Source: Erysipelotrichaceae bacterium (GTDB taxonomy: Bacteria; Bacillota_I; Bacilli_A; Erysipelotrichales; Coprobacillaceae). Taken from it: a stretch of DNA of 32,000 nt. Made by a program: the position numbers and the translations under genes. Below, one piece after another: positions 9,347 to 18,378 of the stretch. Below the pieces are notes generated by a model, which did not search any database, was not told where the DNA came from, and saw only the letters and a program-made list of their open reading frames with translations. Where the stretch lies: contig JAQVDW010000004.1 of assembly GCA_028698185.1 (NCBI GenBank), positions 60,001-92,000 on the forward strand, given 5' to 3'. Position 1 is the stretch's first letter; every line of letters begins with the position of its first letter.

Positions 9347-9376
9347 CAATAAGGCCGCCACTATCAGGAGGTTAGC

Positions 9377-10918
9377 ATGCTTACAATTAAAAATTTATCC
9401 ATCTATATTGACCGCGATTTGCGCCTGTTGCTTGAAGGGTTTTCCTTTAGTTTGAATCCCGGGGACAAGGCGGTCCTGATCGGCGAGGAAGGTAATGGCA
9501 AATCAACCATCATAAAGGCAATCTTCAACCAGGAGACAATCCAATCTTACGCCTCAATAAGGGGAACCATAGACAAGAGCAAAGAAATAATCGGCTATCT
9601 TCCCCAACAGCTTGATACCTGTTTCAAAGATATTAGTACCGATGATTACCTGGAAAAGATGGTCGGTTTTGAAAATCTTGATTATGCATTGGCCTACCAG
9701 CTGCTTGAAGAATTCAAGCTGGAAGACTATTTTTTTGGCACCCCGGTCATGATGGGACAACTTTCCGGGGGCGAACTGGTTAAGTTTTTGCTCCTTGTCG
9801 AATTGCTTAAGAAGCCGACTCTCCTGCTTCTCGACGAGCCAAGCAACGACCTTGACTACGGGGCTGTGCTCTGGCTGGAAAAATTCATTTCGACAACACC
9901 TTTGCCGGTTTTGTTCATATCCCATGACTTGAGTCTGATATCAAACTGTGCCAATGTCATCATCCATCTAGAACAGCTAAAAAACAAGAGTACCCCCAAA
10001 CACACGATTTCCCGGATGGCCTATGACAGCTATGTGGAGCAGTACCATCACAATCTAGAACGCCAGGACCAGCAGGCAAAAAAACAAAAAGAAGAATATC
10101 AAAGGAGGTTTGATCGCTACAACCAGGTATACCAGCGCGTCAACCATGAACTCAACAGCGTATCACGTCAGTTGCCCGGGGTGGCTAAAAATCTCAAGGA
10201 CAAAATGCACAGTGTCAAGGCTCAGGGCAAAAGACTTGAAAAGCAAAAAGCCGGCCTAATCAAAAAGCCGGATTATGAACAGGCAATTGAAATTTCTTTT
10301 CCGCCGGTAGCCATTCCCCAAACCAAAGTGGTGCTCGATTTTGCTACCGCAAGTCTCAATGCTGGAGAACGGGTGCTCGCGACTGATTTGAAGTTGGTTG
10401 TCACCGGGCCCAGGAAAATCGCGATTGTCGGGAAAAATGGGTCAGGGAAGACGACTCTGCTCAGGGAAATCCGCCATGATCTTGAACAGGGAATGCTTGA
10501 GGTCGGATACATGCCCCAGAACTACCTGGAGACAATGGATCACAGGCTGACCCCGGTTGAATTTGTCGCAAGCACCAAAACAAAAGACTTGCAAACGCAA
10601 GTCAGGACTTTTCTGGGTTCGAGCAATTTCACCCGGGAGGAGATGCTTCGCCCAATCGGCGAACTTTCCGGAGGCCAGAAGGCCAAGCTGTTTTTCTTGA
10701 AGATGATCTTTTCCAAGGCCCAGGTTTTGCTGCTTGATGAGCCAACCCGCAATCTTTCGCCTCTTTCATCCCGGGCATTGATCGAAGCCTTGAAACAGTA
10801 CCAGGGGGCAGTCATCGCCATAAGCCATGACCGAACTTTCTTGCGGGAGGTCTTTGATGAGGGCTATTTGCTTGAAGGGAGTCTCAAACAAATAGATCTG
10901 GTGGATTATCTAAAATGA
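9377..10918 (+). CDS. ABC-F family ATPase (two NBDs, no membrane domain); candidate ribosome-protection / antibiotic-resistance type
   Basis: AGGAGG SD. Walker A GEEGNGKST and GKNGSGKTT, signatures LSGGE and LSGGQ, Walker B LLLLDEPS and LLLLDEPT, H-loops ISHD (twice). A ~90-aa Lys/Gln/Arg-rich interdomain linker is present, and there is no TM segment. Confidence 0.85.
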   Translation: MLTIKNLSIYIDRDLRLLLEGFSFSLNPGDKAVLIGEEGNGKSTIIKAIFNQETIQSYASIRGTIDKSKEIIGYLPQQLDTCFKDISTDDYLEKMVGFENLDYALAYQLLEEFKLEDYFFGTPVMMGQLSGGELVKFLLLVELLKKPTLLLLDEPSNDLDYGAVLWLEKFISTTPLPVLFISHDLSLISNCANVIIHLEQLKNKSTPKHTISRMAYDSYVEQYHHNLERQDQQAKKQKEEYQRRFDRYNQVYQRVNHELNSVSRQLPGVAKNLKDKMHSVKAQGKRLEKQKAGLIKKPDYEQAIEISFPPVAIPQTKVVLDFATASLNAGERVLATDLKLVVTGPRKIAIVGKNGSGKTTLLREIRHDLEQGMLEVGYMPQNYLETMDHRLTPVEFVASTKTKDLQTQVRTFLGSSNFTREEMLRPIGELSGGQKAKLFFLKMIFSKAQVLLLDEPTRNLSPLSSRALIEALKQYQGAVIAISHDRTFLREVFDEGYLLEGSLKQIDLVDYLK

Positions 10919-10923
10919 ATGGG

Positions 10924-11793
10924 TCACTTGACTGAGATGAGTTCGATGAATTTCAATGCCGCCATCGGCAGGGTTCTTCTTTTGAGGTAGCCATAGCCGA
11001 TATAACGGCTGGGGATTGACTGTTTGAAGGGGATCTCGTAGAGGCTGTCACTCAGATAGGCCTTCGAGAATTCCCTGATGACGCACGAGATGCCAAGATT
11101 GGCCTTGGCGAATTCGAGCAGGACCTCATGGGCGCCTAGTTCCATGGTCGGTTTGAGCAGGATGGACTTGGTTGCCAGAAAGTTGTCGACATAGACCCGG
11201 GAATTGGAGTTGGGCTCGAGCATCAGCACCTGGTTTTCCAACAGGTGGTCATAGTCGACGGGCTTGGTGATTTTCCGGGTAGTCACGAAAATGTCATGGA
11301 TCTTCAGGCAGTTGACGATGGTCAGCGACTCCTCCTTGACAGGCAGGTTCAAGAAACCCAGGTCGATCTGGCCGCTTTTGAGCAGTTCAATCAGTTCGGT
11401 AGTGGTCCGGTTGACGACGTTGACCTTGATGTTGGGGTAGAGTTCCTTGAATCTGACGATGTAGTCCTTGACGAAATGGATGCAGATCGTGTCCCCGGCT
11501 CCGATGGTCAATATCCCTTCCTTGAGGTCTTTGAAGTTGGTGATCTGGGTTTCGACATCGGTGATGATGGTCAAAGCCTGGGCGATCTGGTCGTAGAGGA
11601 TCCTCCCTTCGTTGGTCAGGACCACTCCGCGGGCGAGCCGGATGAAAAGCTGAGTGTCGAGTTCCTTCTCCAATGCAGTGATGGTCTGGGATACAGCCGA
11701 TTGGGAAATATAGAGGTTTTTGGCTGCGGTCGAGAAAGACAAAGTGGCGGCGCATTCGTTGAAAATCTTGTATTGTTCCAGTTTGATTGCCAT
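10924..11793 (-). CDS. LysR-family transcriptional regulator
   Basis: N-terminal HTH (LSFSTAAKNLYISQSAVSQTITALEKEL) plus a substrate-binding domain of typical length. It is divergent from purA and ends 5 nt from the ABC-F stop. Confidence 0.9.
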   Translation of the reverse strand: MAIKLEQYKIFNECAATLSFSTAAKNLYISQSAVSQTITALEKELDTQLFIRLARGVVLTNEGRILYDQIAQALTIITDVETQITNFKDLKEGILTIGAGDTICIHFVKDYIVRFKELYPNIKVNVVNRTTTELIELLKSGQIDLGFLNLPVKEESLTIVNCLKIHDIFVTTRKITKPVDYDHLLENQVLMLEPNSNSRVYVDNFLATKSILLKPTMELGAHEVLLEFAKANLGISCVIREFSKAYLSDSLYEIPFKQSIPSRYIGYGYLKRRTLPMAALKFIELISVK

Positions 11794-11884
11794 AAGTTCT
11801 CCTTATACCTGTTTATTGAAATATTAATTTTACTTATATTTAATTGTAATATATAATATAAAGGTATTAATGTCAATTGATTAA

Positions 11885-13180
<1,296 letters not shown>

Positions 13181-13189
13181 GGAGAAGCT

Positions 13190-14734
13190 ATGGAAAACGA
13201 AATTATTGTAGTTCTCGATTTCGGAAGTCAGTACAACCAGCTGATTGCTAGAAGAATCCGGGAATTCGGGGTTTACTCGGAACTCCATCATCACGATATC
13301 ACAATTGACAAATTGAAATCATTGGGAACCTTGAAAGGAATCGTCCTTTCAGGGGGGCCTAACAGCGTCTATGACAAGGATGCCCTGCACTGCGACCCTG
13401 AAATCTTCAACCTGGGTGTGCCGGTAATGGGTATCTGTTATGGTATGCAATACACCCACTATAATCTAGGTGGCGATGTGAAAGCTTGCGAACATAAGGA
13501 ATATGGGGCAGCCGACATCAATGTCGAAGTTGAAAGCCCATTGCTTAAAGGATTGCCTGATACACAGACAGTATGGATGTCACATGGTGACCAGGTAAGC
13601 AAACTTGCTCCAGGCTTCGAAAAGGTCGCCTCTTCTAAGACATGCGAATTTGCAGTGGCCCAAAATCTGGAAAAACAAATTTTCACGGTGCAATTCCATC
13701 CGGAAGTACGCCACTCGGTATATGGAAACGATATCCTTAAAAACTTCGTTTTCGAAATCTGCCAATGCAAGGGCAACTGGTCTATGCATAATTTCATCGA
13801 CCAAAAAATCGCCGAAATCAAAGCCAAAGTCGGAAGCGACAATGTCCTTCTGGCCCTTTCAGGGGGAGTTGACTCTTCAGTAGTTGCGGCCCTGTTGCAT
13901 GAAGCGATCGGAGACCAATTGTACTGCATGTTCATCGACCACGGTCTTTTAAGAAAAGGTGAAGCAGAATCGGTAATGGAGATGTTTAGCGAAAACATGA
14001 GCATCAACGTGACGAAAATCGATGCCAAGGAACGTTTCATGGCCAAACTAAAAGGCGTGAGCGATCCTGAGAAAAAACGCAAGATCATCGGAAACGAGTT
14101 CGTCTACACCTTCGATGAGGAAGTAAAGAAACTGACTCAAGGTCACAATATCAAGTGGCTCGCTCAAGGGACACTTTACACCGATGTCATCGAATCGGGA
14201 ACCAAAACAGCCCAAACGATCAAATCACACCACAATGTCGGAGGGCTTCCTGAAGACATGCAGTTCGAATTGATCGAACCGTTGAACACCCTGTTCAAGG
14301 ACGAAGTCCGCGCATTGGGAATCGAACTTGGATTGCCTGAATCGATGGTATGGCGTCAACCTTTCCCAGGACCAGGATTAGGTATCCGGGTATTGGGTGA
14401 AATCACTGAAGAAAAACTGAAGATCGTCCGTGATTCGGATCTGATCCTGCGCGAAGAAATCGCCGCAGCCGGACTGGAACGCGACATCTGGCAATACTTC
14501 ACTTGCTTGCCTGACATCCGTTCAGTTGGTGTAATGGGTGATCAAAGAACATACGATTACACAATCGCTATCCGTGCTGTAACATCAATCGACGGGATGA
14601 CCAGCGACTGGGCTAAGATCCCTTTTGATGTATTGAACAAGATTTCAGTAAGAATCGTAAATGAAGTGGCGCATATCAACCGCGTAGTCTACGACATCAC
14701 TTCTAAACCACCTGCAACCATCGAGTGGGAATAA
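13190..14734 (+). CDS. guaA: GMP synthase (glutamine-hydrolysing)
   Basis: Class I GATase (GICYGMQ, FHPE), ATP-pyrophosphatase SGGVDSS, and a C-terminal dimerisation domain ending PPATIEWE. The AAGGAGA SD lies 9 nt after the purA stop, suggesting an operon. Confidence 0.97.
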   Translation: MENEIIVVLDFGSQYNQLIARRIREFGVYSELHHHDITIDKLKSLGTLKGIVLSGGPNSVYDKDALHCDPEIFNLGVPVMGICYGMQYTHYNLGGDVKACEHKEYGAADINVEVESPLLKGLPDTQTVWMSHGDQVSKLAPGFEKVASSKTCEFAVAQNLEKQIFTVQFHPEVRHSVYGNDILKNFVFEICQCKGNWSMHNFIDQKIAEIKAKVGSDNVLLALSGGVDSSVVAALLHEAIGDQLYCMFIDHGLLRKGEAESVMEMFSENMSINVTKIDAKERFMAKLKGVSDPEKKRKIIGNEFVYTFDEEVKKLTQGHNIKWLAQGTLYTDVIESGTKTAQTIKSHHNVGGLPEDMQFELIEPLNTLFKDEVRALGIELGLPESMVWRQPFPGPGLGIRVLGEITEEKLKIVRDSDLILREEIAAAGLERDIWQYFTCLPDIRSVGVMGDQRTYDYTIAIRAVTSIDGMTSDWAKIPFDVLNKISVRIVNEVAHINRVVYDITSKPPATIEWE

Positions 14735-14743
14735 TATAAATTA

Positions 14744-14779
14744 TCCTCCAAGCCTTTGATTAGGTTTGGAGGATTTTTT
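14744..14779 (+). terminator. rho-independent terminator of purA-guaA
   Basis: TCCTCCAAGCC-N8-GGTTTGGAGGA (one G-U pair) followed by TTTTTT. Confidence 0.8.
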
Positions 14780-14986
14780 CGATGGAATGATTCGGAGGGA
14801 TCCAATCACAAATTTCAAAATAATTACGGCTGTATCTTGGATTGGCAGTATTGATTCAAAAAATCAGCTGTTACGAGGAATGGCCTTAGCTATAAGGGTG
14901 TAATGTATAAAATATTTTAAATTTCATCAGATAACCAATTACGATAAACGCACGCGTACTTTTATGCTGAGTTCATTTTGTCAGGT

Positions 14987-15058
14987 GCCGGATTGGAATG
15001 TGACATCAGGCAATACTTCATTTGTTTGCCTGACATCAGTTGTGTTGGCATGACGTGA
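14987..15058 (+). pseudogene. relic copy of an internal 3'-proximal guaA segment (homologous to 14468-14539)
   Basis: Hand alignment gives about 53 of the first 63 nt identical. The relic translates to AGLECDIRQYFICLPDISCVGMT*, against [24 protein letters not shown] in guaA. Confidence 0.65.
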
Positions 15059-15102
15059 TAAAATTGTAATTTAATCCACATTTGCCAAGCATCCAAGCGA
15101 AA

Positions 15103-16161
15103 TTATTGATTGGCGAAATTTCTTATATACGCCGTATTCTTTCCGGATCCGATTTTCAAGATATATTCTTCTTTTACAAGCTTTGACAAAGTAACCTCAA
15201 CTGTAGACATGCTGATATCCGGACATTGTTCGATAATTTCTTTCTTACTTATTTTTTTCATGCTATGGGTAAATAAATTTTTAATGCGGTCAGGTTTTGA
15301 GAGCGTTTTGGATTCCACAAATTCAACCCGGGATTCAAACTCTTTATAAGCATTTAAAATTATTTCCAGCATGTACCTTACAAATGGATGATATGAGTTT
15401 TCTCCCTCGTGCCAACCTTGGGAACTAGCAGCAATCATATCGTAGTATGTCTCCTTAGTTTTTTCGATAATCATTTCAATACTGATGTATTTGCCGACAT
15501 TATAATTACTTCGATATAACAATAGTAAAGTCAGTAAGCGGCTCATCCGGCCGTTACCGTCATTGAATGGGTGGATACACAAGAAATCAAGAATGAACAT
15601 TGAACTTAAAATTAATGGATCGCATTCGCCAATGTTGATAGAGTCTATATAAGTCTCACAAAGTCGTTCAATAGCTTCAGGCGTTTCAAACGCCGGCAAA
15701 GGTTTGAATCTGATACTTTTTGTTCCCGTTAAATCTGTTTGCGTAATGATATTATCGGAGTTTTTGTAATGCCCGCCAAACGATGAAAAGCCATATTGAT
15801 ACAAGTCACGATGCATTTGCAATATCACATTCGATTTTGGCGGCATATATTCGTAGCTTTCATGTATCAAAGCCAGGACTTCTCGATATCCTGCAATTTC
15901 CTGCTCTGAGCGATTTTTTGGTTCGGCTTTGGCCTTTATCAGTTCTCCAAGGCGCTTGTCAGACGTATGAATCCCTTCAATCCTGTTCGAAGCGCCAGTA
16001 CTCTGAATCTTTGCAACCTCAATCATTCGCTCCAATATGTCGGGTTTCGCAGCAATAAATAATTCTTGTTTTCCTTTGTATTCGTGAATTGCTGCAACTA
16101 AATTCATAATGTCCAGTTTTAACAATTCATTTGGAATGGTTTGATAATTGAATTCTCGCAT
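15103..16161 (-). CDS. Fic-family protein (AMPylase-type) with N-terminal inhibitory helix motif and C-terminal winged-helix-like tail
   Basis: Canonical Fic motif HPFNDGNGRMSR. The N-terminal SNRIEG matches the (S/T)xxxE(G/N) auto-inhibition motif. AAAGGA SD lies before ATG 16161; the alternative ATG 16182 has no SD. The gene is markedly AT-rich compared with its neighbours. Confidence 0.85.
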   Translation of the reverse strand: MREFNYQTIPNELLKLDIMNLVAAIHEYKGKQELFIAAKPDILERMIEVAKIQSTGASNRIEGIHTSDKRLGELIKAKAEPKNRSEQEIAGYREVLALIHESYEYMPPKSNVILQMHRDLYQYGFSSFGGHYKNSDNIITQTDLTGTKSIRFKPLPAFETPEAIERLCETYIDSINIGECDPLILSSMFILDFLCIHPFNDGNGRMSRLLTLLLLYRSNYNVGKYISIEMIIEKTKETYYDMIAASSQGWHEGENSYHPFVRYMLEIILNAYKEFESRVEFVESKTLSKPDRIKNLFTHSMKKISKKEIIEQCPDISMSTVEVTLSKLVKEEYILKIGSGKNTAYIRNFANQ

Positions 16162-16238
16162 ATGTACAATTCCTTTCTGCATATAATTTATTATTCTAGG
16201 TAATTATATCTAATAAATGTGCAGAAAACAATCAAATT

Positions 16239-16287
16239 ATGCATATCATTACATTTTAATGCATAATTTACCATATATACTATGCAT
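16239..16287. promoter_or_regulatory. three ATGCAT-centred AT-rich palindromic sites upstream of fic (candidate operators)
   Basis: ATGCAT occurs at 16239-16244, 16259-16264 and 16282-16287, spaced 20 and 23 nt apart. AATTATGCAT and ATGCATAATT form an inverted pair. Confidence 0.3.
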
Positions 16288-16554
16288 TAAAGTCAAATAT
16301 GGTTAGTGATGACTAAATCAAATATCGAAAATATACAGATATAGAGAATAATTGAGGCATCGGCAGATTGTGTGGGTTAATTTCATCTAGTGACATGTAT
16401 ATTCCTCGCCGCAAATCTGGCAACGGCGCTCTTTTCCCCTCGAACATATCCACATCGATGTAGAGAGACTAATTGGAAGGGTTATAATAAATTGTGCAAG
16501 ATAATAAGGACATGGTAAAATCTTGTTAAATTAACGGAGGGGAGGAATCAAGAA

Positions 16555-16848
16555 ATGACACAACGCAGACCTAAACGAACTTACACTGACGAATTCAGAG
16601 TCAAGATGGTGCAACTTTACAATAACGGCAAACCAAGATTGGAAATTATCAGGGAGTATGACCTGACTCCTTCGGCCTTCAACAAATGGGTAAAAAGGTA
16701 TAATGATACGGGATCTTTTACTGAAGCCGACAATCGCTCGGATCATGAAAAAAAGATGATCAAGTTACAAAAAAAGATCGAACAATTGAAGATGGAAAAT
16801 GATATTTTAAAGCAAGCGGCGCTGATAATGGGACGAAAAGAAAAGTAA
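16555..16848 (+). CDS. IS3-family transposase OrfA (HTH + leucine zipper)
   Basis: GGAGGGGAGG SD. MTQRRPKRTYTDEFRVKMVQLYNNGKPRLEIIREYDLTPSAFNKWVKRY is typical of IS3/IS150 OrfA. An A-rich slippery-like tract (GAAAAGAAAAG) lies at the 3' end. Confidence 0.85.
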   Translation: MTQRRPKRTYTDEFRVKMVQLYNNGKPRLEIIREYDLTPSAFNKWVKRYNDTGSFTEADNRSDHEKKMIKLQKKIEQLKMENDILKQAALIMGRKEK

Positions 16849-17406
16849 TCTTTGCCAATAAACACAAATACTCTATCAGCGCCATGTGCAAAGTACTGAA
16901 TATCTCACGGGCGACTCTTTACTACAAACCAAAAGGGCGAAAAATAGATTCAAAGATGGAAACCGCAGTCATCAAATCATTCAAGGAAAGCAAGAAAAAC
17001 TATGGAACAAGAAAAATCAAAGATGATTTGAATGATTTAAAAATCGTGGCAAGCAGAAGAAAAATTGGCCAGGTCATGAAGGCATTTAACAATATACAAG
17101 GCAAGCTTAGCGATGTCGATATTTTTCATACCGACAGGGGCCAGAATTCAAAATGAGAAGATTGAACAATTACTGATAACTAATAATATTCAACGTTCAT
17201 TAAGTGCGAAAGGAAAACCGGTTGACAATGCGGCATCCGAATCGACTTACAAAATAATCAAAACAGAGTTTGCATTCAATCGCAAATTCAATGATATAGG
17301 AGAATTATCGTTGGAACTGTTTAATTATGTAAACTGGTTCAACAATAAAAGGAAACATGGAAGTCTTAACTGCAAGACACCAGTACAATTTCGGTTGTCC
17401 TTGTAA
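16836..17406 (+). pseudogene. IS3-family transposase OrfB, inactivated (internal deletion of most of the DDE core plus frameshift(s))
   Basis: The -1 frame relative to OrfA reads KHKYSISAMCKVLNISRATLYY...GTRKIKDDL...VMKAFN, then jumps within ~15 aa to IFHTDRG. About 95 aa including the first catalytic Asp are missing. The frame breaks near 17140-17156 and resumes as NEKIEQLL...SAKGKPVDNAASES...YVNWFNNKRKHGSL. Confidence 0.75.
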
Positions 17407-17417
17407 AAAGTGTTTAA

Positions 17418-17621
17418 AAAAGTGTTGACTATCCAATCACCATCAGAGCCAATGTCGCAATCATGCCCGGGGTAACAATCGGCAAGGGCTGTGTCATTGC
17501 CGCCGGGCCGGTTGTGACCAGGGATGTTCCTGACAATTCGCTTGTCGGAGGCATCCCGGCAGCAAGTATCAAAACCATAACCGATAATAAGAAGAAGGGG
17601 GAAGTGGGCCACTTTCTATAG
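17418..17621 (+). pseudogene. 3' stump of a hexapeptide-repeat (Maa/LacA-like) O-acetyltransferase, truncated at the IS
   Basis: The hand-translated frame reads [51 protein letters not shown]...* with no start codon. It begins immediately after the IS remnant. Confidence 0.65.
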
Positions 17622-17703
17622 GCTGGCGCTTGACAAAACCGGAAAGCCATGGTACATTTTCTCTAAACAAATAACTTATAACTGCCACCGGGTAGTGATG
17701 CGA

Positions 17704-17761
17704 CAGCATCCAGGAGTACATCATCAGGTCTTAGAAGATGTGCTCCTAGGTGCTGTTTTTT
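17704..17761 (+). terminator. strong rho-independent terminator
   Basis: ~22-bp imperfect hairpin CAGCATCCAGGAGTACATCATC-N8-GAAGATGTGCTCCTAGGTGCTG followed by TTTTTT. Confidence 0.7.
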
Positions 17762-17901
17762 GCTTTTAAAATCAGTGGCGTATAATCATTTGCATCAGGA
17801 TTTTTTGGCCAGATGCGAAATGATTGGATGTAAGGAATTGTAAAGTTAATGTTAATGAAAATATATAGGAAAATGAATTCAAAACAACGGAGGAAAAGAA
17901 T

Positions 17902-18378
17902 ATGTTTCGAGAAATGCGGCGGTTCAAACAGAAATTGAATGTGACAGAATGTGAGGAAATCTTGAAAAGAAACACATCAGGTACCCTTGCCCTGCTAGGA
18001 GATGGGGGCTACCCTTACGCAGTACCATTAAGCTATGTGTATGTAAGCGGAAAAATATTTTTCCATTGCGCCAAGGCGGGCCACAAAATTGATGCGATCA
18101 AAAACTATGACAAGGCATCGTTTTGCATAATCGACAAGGATAAGATCGTTCCCGAAGAATATACTACCTATTTTCGCAGTGTCATCGCATTTGGGAAAAT
18201 CAGGATTATCGCGGATACTTTGGAATTGGAGGCTGCTTTGAATATCCTGGCTAAAAAATATTCACCCGACCAGGTTGAAGGAAGGCAAAAGGAAATTGAG
18301 CAACAGATTTCAAGGGTGGCCATGATCGAATTGAGGATCGAGCATCTTTCAGGAAAGGAGGCAATCGAGTTAAGATGA
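17902..18378 (+). CDS. pyridoxamine 5'-phosphate oxidase-fold protein (Nim-like)
   Basis: GGAGGAAAAG SD. MFREMRR...GYPYAVPLSYVY...FHCAKAGHK...EEYTTYFRSVI matches the PNPOx/Nim-type split-barrel family as I recall it. Confidence 0.8.
   Translation: MFREMRRFKQKLNVTECEEILKRNTSGTLALLGDGGYPYAVPLSYVYVSGKIFFHCAKAGHKIDAIKNYDKASFCIIDKDKIVPEEYTTYFRSVIAFGKIRIIADTLELEAALNILAKKYSPDQVEGRQKEIEQQISRVAMIELRIEHLSGKEAIELR

Larger units (their letters stand above)
16500..17420 (+). mobile_element. decayed IS3-family (IS150-group-like) insertion sequence; ends approximate
   Basis: OrfA is intact and a -1-frame OrfB remnant follows. I could not find convincing terminal inverted repeats or target duplications by eye. 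Confidence 0.6.

Noticed and set aside
11245-11856. 203-aa ORF antisense to the LysR gene. Similar long antisense ORFs occur at 751-1284, 13459-14088, 21275-21817, 25470-26225 and 30596-31042.
   Set aside because: Each lies fully inside a well-supported gene on the opposite strand. They have biased Asp/Gly/Val/Arg-rich compositions typical of shadow frames, no SD and no recognisable motifs.
14787-14912. 41-codon plus-strand ORF (MIRRDPITNFKIITAVSWIGSIDSKNQLLRGMALAIRV) between the guaA terminator and the guaA relic
   Set aside because: Weak SD, no motif, and located in scar DNA. There is insufficient evidence for a gene.
16395-16480. Small Cys-containing minus-strand peptide (MWICSRGKERRCQICGEEYTCH) in the GC-richer patch upstream of the IS
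   Set aside because: Only 22 codons, no SD, and it lies in a region more simply explained as a gene fragment.
16470-17430. Terminal inverted repeats and target-site duplication of the IS3-family element
   Set aside because: Comparing the left flank (TGTGCAAGATAATAAGGACATGG...) with the reverse complement of the right flank gave only a shared AAGGACA heptamer, which is not a convincing IR. The ends are therefore reported as approximate.
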